The notes under the pieces: model-generated
What the model was told of the DNA's origin: nothing
The model's database searches: none
The model's input: the letters and a program-made list of their open reading frames with translations, nothing else
Virus record (IMG/VR): IMGVR_UViG_2700988794_000001
Span: 32,001-96,000 of that record
DNA from: a virus
Lineage: Duplodnaviria > Caudoviricetes
DNA: 64,000 nt
Reading direction: 5' to 3' (one strand)
Shown here: positions 55,176 to 64,000 of the stretch, piece after piece
How the letters are laid out: each line of letters begins with the position of its first letter
Numbering within the stretch: the first letter of the stretch is position 1
Program-made: the position numbers and the translations under genes

Positions 55176-57034
55176 ATGGCAACTGCACCGAAAATCTTCG
55201 CCAGCGGCATCATGCTCGGCAATCCCAAACTCAGCAACGAAGTGATCATCCCCGTGTACGAGGCACCCGTCATGCCTCCATCTTACACGTTATGGACCGG
55301 CGCGAATAACAAGTACGGCTTCCTCGGCAACATGGTCACCGAAGCCAATGCACCCGCCGGGCAGTTCATCGGCGCGGTCAAGGCGATCAACCATCCCAAC
55401 CCTGCCGCCGTCTACTCGATGAGCGGCCAGACAGCGGGCCTCGGCATCCTGGCCGACACCGGCTTGATCTATGTGGTCAACGGCACATTGCTGGCGGTCG
55501 GCACCAGAACGATCACCATTACCGCGACCAACAGCCTCGGCAGTTCTTCGACCACGCTACAGATCAAAGTCGTCGGCACCGCCACCAACGTCATCTACAT
55601 CGATCCGCTCGGCGGCGCGGACGCCAACACCGGCATCAAGCCATCCCAGGCGATCAAGACGTGGGCCGGGCGTAGCGGCAAGGGCTCCGGCACCAAGACC
55701 TACCTGATCAAGAACGGCTCCAACCTTGTCGCGGCTGTCACCCTGGCGAATGGCGAGACGATTGGCGCTTATGGCGACCCGTCGCAGCCCCGCGCGAAGA
55801 TCACCACCACCGCCAACTTCGGCGTCACCGGCACGAGCCTGAACAACGCCACGGTCAAAGACCTGGATATCACCGCAGCCCAGCGCGCCATCCATATCAG
55901 CGTCGGCAGCAACTTCGACGTTCGCCGCTGCACCTTCCGGGTGCCCACGGACGGCACCAACCGCGCTCCCTTCTATACGACCGGCATGACCGGCCTGAAG
56001 CTGCTCCATTGCTGGGTGCCTGCCAACTCCTACGGCGACAACGTCTACTGCCGTGGCCTCAAGAATGCCGAGATCGCATACAACCTGCTTGAGACGCCGC
56101 TCGGCAGCACGGCTGACAACCTCCAGGTCACCTCGGAGCGCAACTCGGCCTACCTCTGCAACGACGTGTGGATACATCATAACACGATGATCAACATGGG
56201 CGGCACCTCGGCCAAGGGCAACTGCGTGATCGAAGGTTGCGTGCGTGCCTGGTAGAAGACAACGACTTCAGCGGCCTCTATTTCTGCCTGTCGTCGGTCT
56301 CCTCGCTGAACACGCTGCGCAACAACCGCATGAACAACGCCACCTATAGCTCCAACTCGTTCACCATGGGTATCGGCTCGACATACAGCATTGGTGACCA
56401 GCAGTGGTACGATAACCACGCATTCGGGCCGGGCAACCGCGCCTTTGTCATCTCTGGATCGGGCGAGGCCTCCGGCGCTCCGTTGTGGTCGCGCTACGAC
56501 CTGGAAATCAACGACAACATCGGCGAAGGCCACACGACGTTCTTCTTCCAGAACCGCCTGATGTCCGGATACTTCCAGAACAACGTCGGGCAGTCCAACG
56601 TCAGCAATACTGTGACCGGCGTGACCACCGTGGCGACCGGCGGCGACTATACCACCCGCACCGTCACCCCGAACTTCCTCAACGCCGCGCCTGGACCCGT
56701 CTGCACCGCCAAGGGACAGGTCACAGGCACGGTCCAGGATGGTCAGACGGTCACCGTGTCGGCTCCGACCTTCGAGGGCGCTGTCAGCATCCAGTACCAG
56801 TGGCGCTTGAACGGCAAGTACGTCGCGGGCGCAACCACGCAGAGCTTCACCATCCCGGCGGGCTTCAGCGCCACGGTCTCTGATAGGGTGCCCACCACGG
56901 CGGCGACCGGCTTCCCTGGCGGCTCGGCTGGCGAACTGTCCTGCATCACCCGTGGCGTGGACGCGGCTGGCAACGTCATGATCGCTCCGGCCAAGTTCGC
57001 AAATGACGAATACTACATGCCCATCGCCGCATAG
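55176..57034 (+). CDS. Right-handed beta-helix (pectate-lyase-like) protein with cadherin/Ig-like domains; frameshift near 56250
   Basis: IYIDP..G.DANTG......IKT, IGAYG....R, repeated I..N.. rungs, YQWRLNG..V.GAT Ig repeat. Confidence 0.7.
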
Positions 57035-57036
57035 CG

Positions 57037-57091
57037 TGCAACACGTTGCACCATCTTAGTCCTTGACAAAGGATTGTTCCCCTGTTACTGA
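57037..57091 (+). promoter_or_regulatory. Palindrome + conserved promoter
   Basis: TGCAACACGTTGCA; TTGACAAAGGATTGTTCC. Confidence 0.75.
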
Positions 57092-57117
57092 TCTAGCGTC
57101 TTTAACAGGGGATTTTC

Positions 57118-58337
57118 ATGAAATACTATATCGAACGGAAGCTCGTGCTTCCCGCGAACCATGACCGTGGCACTGTCACCGAATGGCGCAAGGTCACCGT
57201 CAACACGACCACAATTCCGATGGAATTCCTCAATAGGGATGACGGATACCGCCACATGTCCCGCATCGACACGCCCGGCCAGTACCGCCTCGTGGACGAG
57301 AACGGCAAGGATTGCGCCGGTCTGCTCGTGACAAGCTGGAAGGGCGCGGCCTGATGTACGGCGGGTTCATCATCTTCCTCATATGGATGGTTTTCATCTT
57401 CGATCCCGAGTTCATCGGGCGGCGGCTGGCGAGGATGATGCACGAATACCGCAAACAGATGCAGAAGAAAGGATGGGAATACAAGTGAAGCTCTTCATGA
57501 TCCTCTATACGATGGGGCAGATCGGCGGCACCGCCGGGCCGCTGCCCTACGACATCAACGAATGCAAGCAGCGCGCCGCCGCGCTCCAGGCAAACGTCAC
57601 GCAGATCGTCGCCACCGGTCGCTCGACCAATGGCAAGAACGAGGAAGTCGGAGCGGAAGACATGGAAAAGTTCAAAACCATGCGCTTCTCTTGCGAGCAT
57701 CGGGCCTCGAAGCCTGAATTGGGAGAAAAGGAACCCAGCATATGACCAACGAAGAAATCCTCGAAATCATTTCGCAGGTGACATACAAGCCGGGCTGGAA
57801 AGTCCTGTTCGGCATCGACGGCGAGGACACGGACAATCCCCGCGCCTTCGCGCAGATCAGCGTTGACGGCACCACAGAAGCCTCCCTGGACGCTTGCGCC
57901 CGTGACGGCACCCGAACACCCTGGAAGGGCTCCAAGCGCTTCTTTAGCCCCTATATGTGCCGCCAAGAGATCGTCGGCGCGTGCTTCGGCCTCATCCAGG
58001 ACGCCGAGAGCCACGAGATGCGCGAATGGTTCCGTTACAGGGGCGCGAGCATCTACAATCCGCACCTCGACCCGGAAGCCTGGTCTCCATCGCCCGCAAG
58101 AAGGCCAACTTCAACGTCCGCGAAAACGCCATGACGCTCGAAGAGCCGCCGATCAAGAAGGCCAAGAGCCCGGAATGGTTGCCCATGTTCGCGGCAGCGG
58201 CCATGACCGGCAGCTATAACCCTCCGGCTCCTGGCGACCGTGGCGGCGGACGTGCCGAGAACAACGAGGGCGACACCCTCGAAGGCATCGTGGTCGATCC
58301 CTACGATCAGACCCGTGGAGGCGCATATGTCAAGTGA
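57118..58337 (+). other. Small hypothetical genes (starts 57118, 57354, 57485, 57742 frameshifted)
   Basis: Coupled ORFs; HEMREWFRY.G..I.NPH motif in the last. Confidence 0.6.
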
Positions 58338-58689
58338 CATCGCAGACATCAACCTGATCAAGATCGGCGCTGTCATCAAGCACGTCAGGACCGGCGGCAT
58401 CTACAGCGTCATCGGTCGCTGCGACAAGCACAGCCCCTTCGTCCTGCTCGACATGTGCGATGCCATCTTCATCGTCCGCGACAGCATCGACGGCGCGCAA
58501 GCCTTGCTCGATCTTAGCGTGGACCCAAGTCTGACGATGCCGATACTCGCCTTGCCGGTACGCATCCAGGTCAGTGACCCAAGAGGACGCCCCATCCGCT
58601 GGATCATCTATCGCAGCCTGATGGATGGCGGATGCTGGGCTCGCCCGGCTGACGAGTTCCAGAACCGGTTCGTGCAGCACTACACTTAA
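58327..58689 (+). CDS. DUF1653-like protein
   Basis: KH..TGGIY.V, IYRSL.DG..WARP..EF..RF. Confidence 0.65.
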   Translation: MSSDIADINLIKIGAVIKHVRTGGIYSVIGRCDKHSPFVLLDMCDAIFIVRDSIDGAQALLDLSVDPSLTMPILALPVRIQVSDPRGRPIRWIIYRSLMDGGCWARPADEFQNRFVQHYT

Positions 58690-58758
58690 CAGCGTGCAAC
58701 ATGTTGCAAAACCCTCATTGTGTGCTATGGTCCTATAGCTACACATGAGGGTTTTTCT

Positions 58759-59295
58759 ATGCGCATGATTTATGGGGTTGCATACGCATTCTGGCTACTG
58801 TTCCTCTCCAGTGCAACAGTTGCACCAGCGCAGACGTTCACCACGCCGCCATTCGGCTACACGCTGTTCTGCGCCAAGTACAAAACCAACTGCGCCAGCA
58901 GCGGCCCGGCCTCCATCGCGCAGACTGCCAAGCTCATGGCCGACCTGAAGCTAATCAACGCCCGCGTAAACGCCGCGATCACCCCGACGCCCGATGCATA
59001 CGAAAGCTGGGATTTATACCCGAAGCTCGGCGACTGCGATGACTTCGTCATGACGAAGCGAGATGTCCTGATCAAGATGGGCTACCCTGTGTCGGCGTTC
59101 CGGCTCTACGTGGTCGAGACCGGCTCCCGCGAGCTACACCTCGTCTTGGTTGTATCCACCGACAAGGGCGATCTTGTTCTCGACAACCTGAAGCAGACAA
59201 TCGTGCCTTTGCAGGCCTCCGGCTACACCCTGGTCAAGCACAGCACCGAAAATCCTAACGTCTGGGTTGTCGATAAAGGCTATACCAGCACTTGA
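58759..59295 (+). CDS. Transglutaminase-like cysteine peptidase (BTLCP/LapG family) with signal peptide
   Basis: L..IN..VN..I, W, GDCDDF...KR..L...G.P, H.VLVV.TDKGDLVLDN; C-H-D triad intact. Confidence 0.88.
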   Translation: MRMIYGVAYAFWLLFLSSATVAPAQTFTTPPFGYTLFCAKYKTNCASSGPASIAQTAKLMADLKLINARVNAAITPTPDAYESWDLYPKLGDCDDFVMTKRDVLIKMGYPVSAFRLYVVETGSRELHLVLVVSTDKGDLVLDNLKQTIVPLQASGYTLVKHSTENPNVWVVDKGYTST

Positions 59296-59320
59296 CAAAG
59301 GATTGGTTCTAAGTTACTCT
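59292..59320 (+). promoter_or_regulatory. Conserved promoter
   Basis: TTGACAAAGGATTGGTTCTAAGTT. Confidence 0.75.
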
Positions 59321-59345
59321 CCTAAGTGTTCAATAGGAGAGAACT

Positions 59346-59726
59346 ATGACCATCAACGAAGACAGTGCAGCCCAGCGTGACGCCCGTCGCCGCAAAACGC
59401 TCGACATCATTGCCAGCAACATCCGGTTCCAGGGATACACCCAGGCCCTGAATTCCGCCAGGGAAAAGCATGGTATCGAGGCCTACTGGCGCGAGGTTGA
59501 CGACTTTGCCGATCAGCTTGATGCCGAAGAGGCGGCGCGCAAGGCGCAGGAGGAAGAGGATGCCCGCTTTGCCGCCCTCTCCGACACCGAAGCGGTCAAG
59601 GAACTCAGCAAGGCCCGGCAGGCATTCGCCTCCACCATGGTCCGTGTCCGGGATAAGGGCCTTCGCGTCACCCTGACGGTGACGGACAACCGCCTCGGCT
59701 TCGAAGTCGTGAGGCCGATCTCTTGA
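59346..59726 (+). CDS. Hypothetical protein
   Basis: AGGAG RBS. Confidence 0.65.
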   Translation: MTINEDSAAQRDARRRKTLDIIASNIRFQGYTQALNSAREKHGIEAYWREVDDFADQLDAEEAARKAQEEEDARFAALSDTEAVKELSKARQAFASTMVRVRDKGLRVTLTVTDNRLGFEVVRPIS

Positions 59727-60280
59727 CACGCAAGCTTTTCCTCGATCTCGACGGCGTCATGGCCGACTTCGACACGCACTTCTATCAGTGCTTCGATTGC
59801 CATCCTCCCTCCAAGGGTGGCGTCAGCGACGACGAACTGTGGCGGCTCGTGCACGGCCACGGCTCATTCTTCCGGACCATGCCCATGTACGACGGGGCCA
59901 AGTCCTTCTTCGATATGCTGGTCGCCTACGGGCTTAACCCGATCATCCTGACGGCGGCATCGAAGAAGCACTACCACGACATGGCCCGGCAGAAGCGTGC
60001 ATGGGTACGCGGGAACCTCACCACCGAACACCTGATCCTTCCTGTCCAGGGCGGCAGCGCCAAGCCTCTCTTCATGCATGCGCCCGGCGACGTGCTCATT
60101 GATGATTGGTGGCGGAATTGCGAGCGCTGGATGGAAGAAGGCGGCACGGCAATCCACCATACCGACTTCGCCACCACCTCGCTCCGGATCGGCATGATTT
60201 GGGGCATGGACAGCAGGCGCGAGAGCCAGGGCCTGCCCTTCCAGCCGGTCTACACCGAGGAGGATTTCCTCAATGTCTGA
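59723..60280 (+). CDS. 5'(3')-deoxyribonucleotidase, HAD family
   Basis: FLDLDGVMADF, ILTA, QKRAWV, K, LIDDW..N...W...GG..I.H. Confidence 0.85.
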   Translation: MTRKLFLDLDGVMADFDTHFYQCFDCHPPSKGGVSDDELWRLVHGHGSFFRTMPMYDGAKSFFDMLVAYGLNPIILTAASKKHYHDMARQKRAWVRGNLTTEHLILPVQGGSAKPLFMHAPGDVLIDDWWRNCERWMEEGGTAIHHTDFATTSLRIGMIWGMDSRRESQGLPFQPVYTEEDFLNV

Positions 60281-62136
60281 TGCACTCGTGAGCAAATGGT
60301 GGATGGCGCGCTCGCTGTCCACCGCAGAGCGTGCGACCTTGACGCCCGAGCAGAAAGCCGAGCGCCGGGCGCAGGCAGTCCACTGGCGTCTCGAAGATGC
60401 CGAGAAGAAGCTGACAGTCAGCCGCCGCAAGCGCATGACACGCTGGCTGAACCAGTGGTTCCGTGGCGAAGTCATGCGCGAACTACTCTATAACGAGGAA
60501 ACCGGCGGCTTCTACAGCCTGAAGGCCTTCATCCGCAGCGAATTCATCGACGCCGTCCGGGTGGCACTGCGCGGCACCGATCAGGCGTCCATGCTGGAGA
60601 GGATCATCCGTGGCGAGGTCGGCAAGGTTCTCAGAGGCAACGCCTACGGCACCGACGCCGATGGGCAAGCGAAAATGGAAGAATACATCCAGAAGCTTGT
60701 CAAGGAAGAAGTCAAAAAGCAGGTGATGAGCAGCCTTAGCATCGACATCGCCGTAACGGGCCGCGTCTTCTCGCCTCCGGCAGGGCAGCGGCGCGTTGAT
60801 CTGGGAGCACCTGAATAATGGCAATGAAGCATATCAGCGACAAGCAGGTGTGCGAGGCCTACCTCGCCGCCCGGCTCGACAGCGAGCGTTTTCCTTACGA
60901 CTACCTCATGGAGGTGACCGGCCAGCCGTTCAAGGTCTGCTACCGCTGCATGGAACGCGCCTGTGATCGCGGCATGATCGAGTACGGCGTCTCGCTGCGC
61001 ACCGGCTGGCTAACCGAGTACGGCTTCCGGGTGGCGGAGATCGAGCCCTTCAAATGGTGCGAGGGGAAGGAATTCGTGCCGATCCCTTACAAGCCGCCCA
61101 ACTTCAACCCCGCCCTGGAGCGGATGGCGATGGACCTCCTCAACGGTATTGTTGACGACATTGAGGAAATCCTCGTCAAAGGACACAACGGAGAGAAACG
61201 TGACTGAAATTCCCTACCCGCACGCCAGCACGGAACCGCTGGAGACCATCAGGTCCAACGAATGCGAAAGCCAGCACGGCTCGCTCTGCACCCGGCGCTT
61301 CCAAGCGTTCTGGAACGAGATCGTCCGGCTCCGCGATAAGGTATCCGAACTGGAAGGCGCAAATCCTGCCAAGGAAGCGTTGCAACTGTTGCAGCCCGCA
61401 ACGCCAGAGCAGCGCGCCAACATCGCGCCGCCCGAGAAGCCGAACGTCGTGGCCAGCTACTATCACGAGTTCGTCATGACGCCGGACACCATCGACATCG
61501 AAGACCAGGGCATGGCGATGATCGTGCACGCCGACGCCGATACGCCGGACAGCGATCCGAACACCATGGCCGTCCGGTTCCACTCCTGGGATGAAACCAA
61601 GGAGCATGAGCATCTCCGCTCGTTCGCTGGCAAGTTCGTCACCATCACCGTCGAGGCGTTCAATGTCTAATAGCGTCCTTGCGCCGTGGATCGGCGAGCT
61701 TGGCCTTCAGCAACAGTCCGTTCTCATCCTCGCCTTGCGCGGGCCGGACGGCGACAAGAAGCATACGCCCTTCAAGCACCTCCTCCGGCCTTACCGAGGC
61801 ACGATCCTGAAGGCGGCGAAGTTCAACCGCATGCTCCTCATTGACGAGGAGGCCGACAGCTTCATGACCATGGAGAACTTCGGCGACCCGGTGCGTTGGA
61901 ACTACGTGGTCAAGGACTTCCTGGAAAACGAGGCAGACGGCTCGGTCCTGCACCACTATACCCACTTCATGCACGCCGCGCAGATCATCGGCTACAAGCA
62001 TCCCGAGGTGGACTACCGCGACCGCTGGCAATGGCTCTACATCCAGTTTTGCAACAGGTTGCACGTCAACGTGGAGACCGAAGAGCAGATGGATCGCCGC
62101 CTCTGCGACTGGAACAAAGTGTTCTGGACCTCTTGA
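60273..62136 (+). other. Hypothetical genes (60273..60818, 60818..61207, 61200..61670, 61663..62136)
   Basis: Coupled ORFs. Confidence 0.65.
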
Positions 62137-62161
62137 CAAAGGATCGGTTCTAAGTTAAATT
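62133..62161 (+). promoter_or_regulatory. Conserved promoter
   Basis: TTGACAAAGGATCGGTTCTAAGTTAAATT. Confidence 0.8.
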
Positions 62162-62184
62162 CTTAGTGTCTGAAAGGGGATAAC

Positions 62185-64000
62185 ATGACTGAAGAGACCA
62201 AAAACCGCTGGGAAGGTATCGTCAAGATACAGTTGCCGCTCGCTGGCAGTGTTTCCGATGCGCTGATCTACGACAAGACCAAGCACGTTCACGTGTTTCT
62301 GCCGGTCGGCGACGTGGAAGAGATCGCGAAGGGCCGTGTCAAGTTCTTCACGAAGGCGCGCATCGACAGCGATGGCTTCCTTCATATCGAAGAAGATGCG
62401 GAGGAGCAAACGTGGTGAGGGATGTCCGTCTCGATGACACGAGACCAAACGACCGTCTAGGGACGGACAAATCTCCGATCCCGGAGGGCGGTTTGCCGAA
62501 AGGCGAAGCCTCGCACTCGGTTCGCGGTTACTTCGTAAAGGAAGTTGGCAAAGCCGTGATCTTCGACGTGCGTGACATGCAGGTGGGGAACCATAAGAAC
62601 ATTATGCTCCCCACCTCGCAGGTTCATATCAAGCAACTCGGCGGCATGTCGGTAGACATCTATATGCGCGGGTGGCTTTACAAGGAGAAGTTCCGATGAC
62701 CGAAGAGAAAGAGAAGACGGGCTATCTCGCCTTCCACAGGGCAAGGCCTTCCCGCTCTCGGCAGCGACCACCAAGGACGCCTATGATCAGGCGGCAAAGC
62801 ACTTCGGCGTGCCCAAGCGCACTGCCCACAGGCATATCCACCTCGAAGAAGCGCCGGTCGGCCAGGGGAGTAACCCCTAATGTGGTATAAGCTGGGAGAT
62901 GACCACATTCCCGTCGAGACCACGATGGAAGAGGCAAACGCGGACGGCTTCGGCACCACTAAGGGCGTCGTGCGGCAGGACGTTCACCTGAGAGGCGCGC
63001 TCTCCACAGTCTTCCTTTATCTCGACCACCGTTTCGGCGACGGCCCTCCGATGCTTTTCGAGACCATGTGGTTCCCATACGATGACAACGACGGGTCCGA
63101 AGTGCTGGATCGCTACCCGACGTGGGACGAAGCTCTTGCCGGGCACATGCGCCACGCTGAAGAGCTTGGCATCGCCGCCGAGATGCAGCAGCGCGATCTG
63201 AAGGCAGAGGATGCCAAGGCCGCAGAGAAGAGGAGGCGCAGACATGTCAATCTCGATGACTAGCCCACGTCGCGTCCGCCTCGGCAAGGACTTGGAACCG
63301 GCCAAGCGCTTCGTCCGCCCGGACAAGATCGCCGTCGCCATCACCATTGAGGCGCTGGATAAGAGCAGAACGTCGGGCGGGTGGTGCCATCCGAACAGGC
63401 CAGAGAACATGGAGCCTGTGTGGGAGAAGCTTTCCGAGCTTTGCGACTACTACCACGAGAAGGAAGTGCCCTTCAACGTCTGGTATCAGGTGGAATTGCA
63501 CAGCATGGGCGTGGTTGTCACTACCGGAAGCTGGCAGCAGTACCCAAGGGTTCTTGAGCAGGCCCAACTGCTCCTCGAAGAGTGCCTGAAGGCCAAAGGG
63601 CGCATCGACGCCGAAGACTATAATAAAGAAAGGGTGGAATATCGTGGCGGCTAAGAAATTACGACCATCGACACCGGGCCATAAGCAAAAGGGCTACTAT
63701 GGCGCTGATCCGGTCAAGGAAGGCCAGGAGACGCCGATCATCGCCGTCAAGAAGGGCATGCAGAGGGCGATCAAGACGCCTTGCGTAGAGTGCCCTTCCG
63801 GCGAGACAGCGCGTCCGGCTACCTCGGAGGCTATACGCCCGAGATGTACTTGGATGCCGTCCATTCCCCGGCCTCGCTCGCTTGCCACCGGTCGCCCGGC
63901 TTCCACGAAGGTGACATCGAGAAGCAGCGCGTCTGCACCGGCCTCGCTGCCTTCCGCGCCAACATCGGTCACATTGCCTCCACCGACGCCATGGTTGAGC
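62185..64000 (+). other. Small hypothetical genes (starts 62185, 62412, 62696, 62880, 63256) and a truncated Cys-rich gene from ~63644
   Basis: Coupled ORFs; last has PCVECP...GYLGG...LACH...CTG. Confidence 0.6.

Larger units (their letters stand above)
5864..62063. repeat. Dispersed palindrome TGCAACNNGTTGCA (30 perfect copies)
   Basis: Starts 5864, 10307, 12357, 13848, 15846, 18626, 22138, 24550, 27697, 29232, 32658, 34403, 37226, 38650, 39933, 40771, 41292, 41953, 42554, 43267, 44087, 45304, 47734, 48674, 51600, 53356, 55123, 57037, 58695, 62050. Confidence 0.95.

Noticed and set aside
18735-57354. Several proteins ending in -AA/-VA as ClpXP degrons
   Set aside because: Plausible, but such endings are common in phage ORFs with coupled junctions and enrichment cannot be shown by eye
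3100-58090. More than 15 frameshifts in tail, endolysin, pol, SSB, helicase, RecA, RNR, ParB, PAPS reductase and beta-helix genes as programmed recoding or pseudogenes
   Set aside because: Most are repaired by adding one base, often to a G or C run (RNR tgg g[g]c, aag [g]gt, ccg [g]gc; RecA ggg [g]gt). They hit essential genes without slippery heptamers, which fits long-read deletion errors.
5864-62063. Palindrome/promoter repeats as a CRISPR array or integron attC cassettes
   Set aside because: Spacing is irregular and kb-scale; no cas operon or integrase; the repeats have promoter/operator form
1-64000. tRNA genes or stop-codon reassignment
   Set aside because: No cloverleaf with a T-loop found in intergenic gaps; TAA, TGA and TAG all end genes normally

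Overview
64 kb segment of a lytic tailed dsDNA phage (GC-rich, almost all genes on the + strand). The host is probably alphaproteobacterial (Rhizobiales-like), inferred from GANTC avoidance, a DUF6127-like gene and a BTLCP peptidase. Gene order: end of a large tail/host-specificity gene; lysis cassette with a dNMP kinase; Ycf46-type AAA+/DUF1257/DUF2997 module; replication/recombination block (HTH initiator-like, degenerate DnaC-like, DnaB, UDG-fused PolA, primase, SSB, SF2 helicase, RecA, PD-(D/E)xK nucleases, RuvC); class II RNR; GNAT-like/HNH-like/ParB x3/PAPS-reductase cluster; then about 26 kb of small early-type genes with a beta-helix protein, a LapG-like peptidase and an HAD nucleotidase. 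Many genes carry single-base frameshifts, mostly shortened G/C runs, which look like sequencing errors. Four genome-wide patterns are not explained by the gene calls. (1) About 20 near-identical sigma70-type promoters (TTGACAAAGGATCGGTTC..TAGATT). (2) 30 perfect copies of the palindrome TGCAACNNGTTGCA. (3) A conserved extended RBS (GGAGAACCACC-ATG) plus several intergenic hairpin RNAs whose loops are complementary to the RBSs of the promoter-proximal genes; this candidate anti-RBS sRNA network is my top finding. (4) Two short peptide motifs (R-x-V-x-L-D/E and V-R-x-R-x-R) at the termini of about 20 unrelated proteins. All counts were made by eye and family assignments come from recognised motifs, not database searches.
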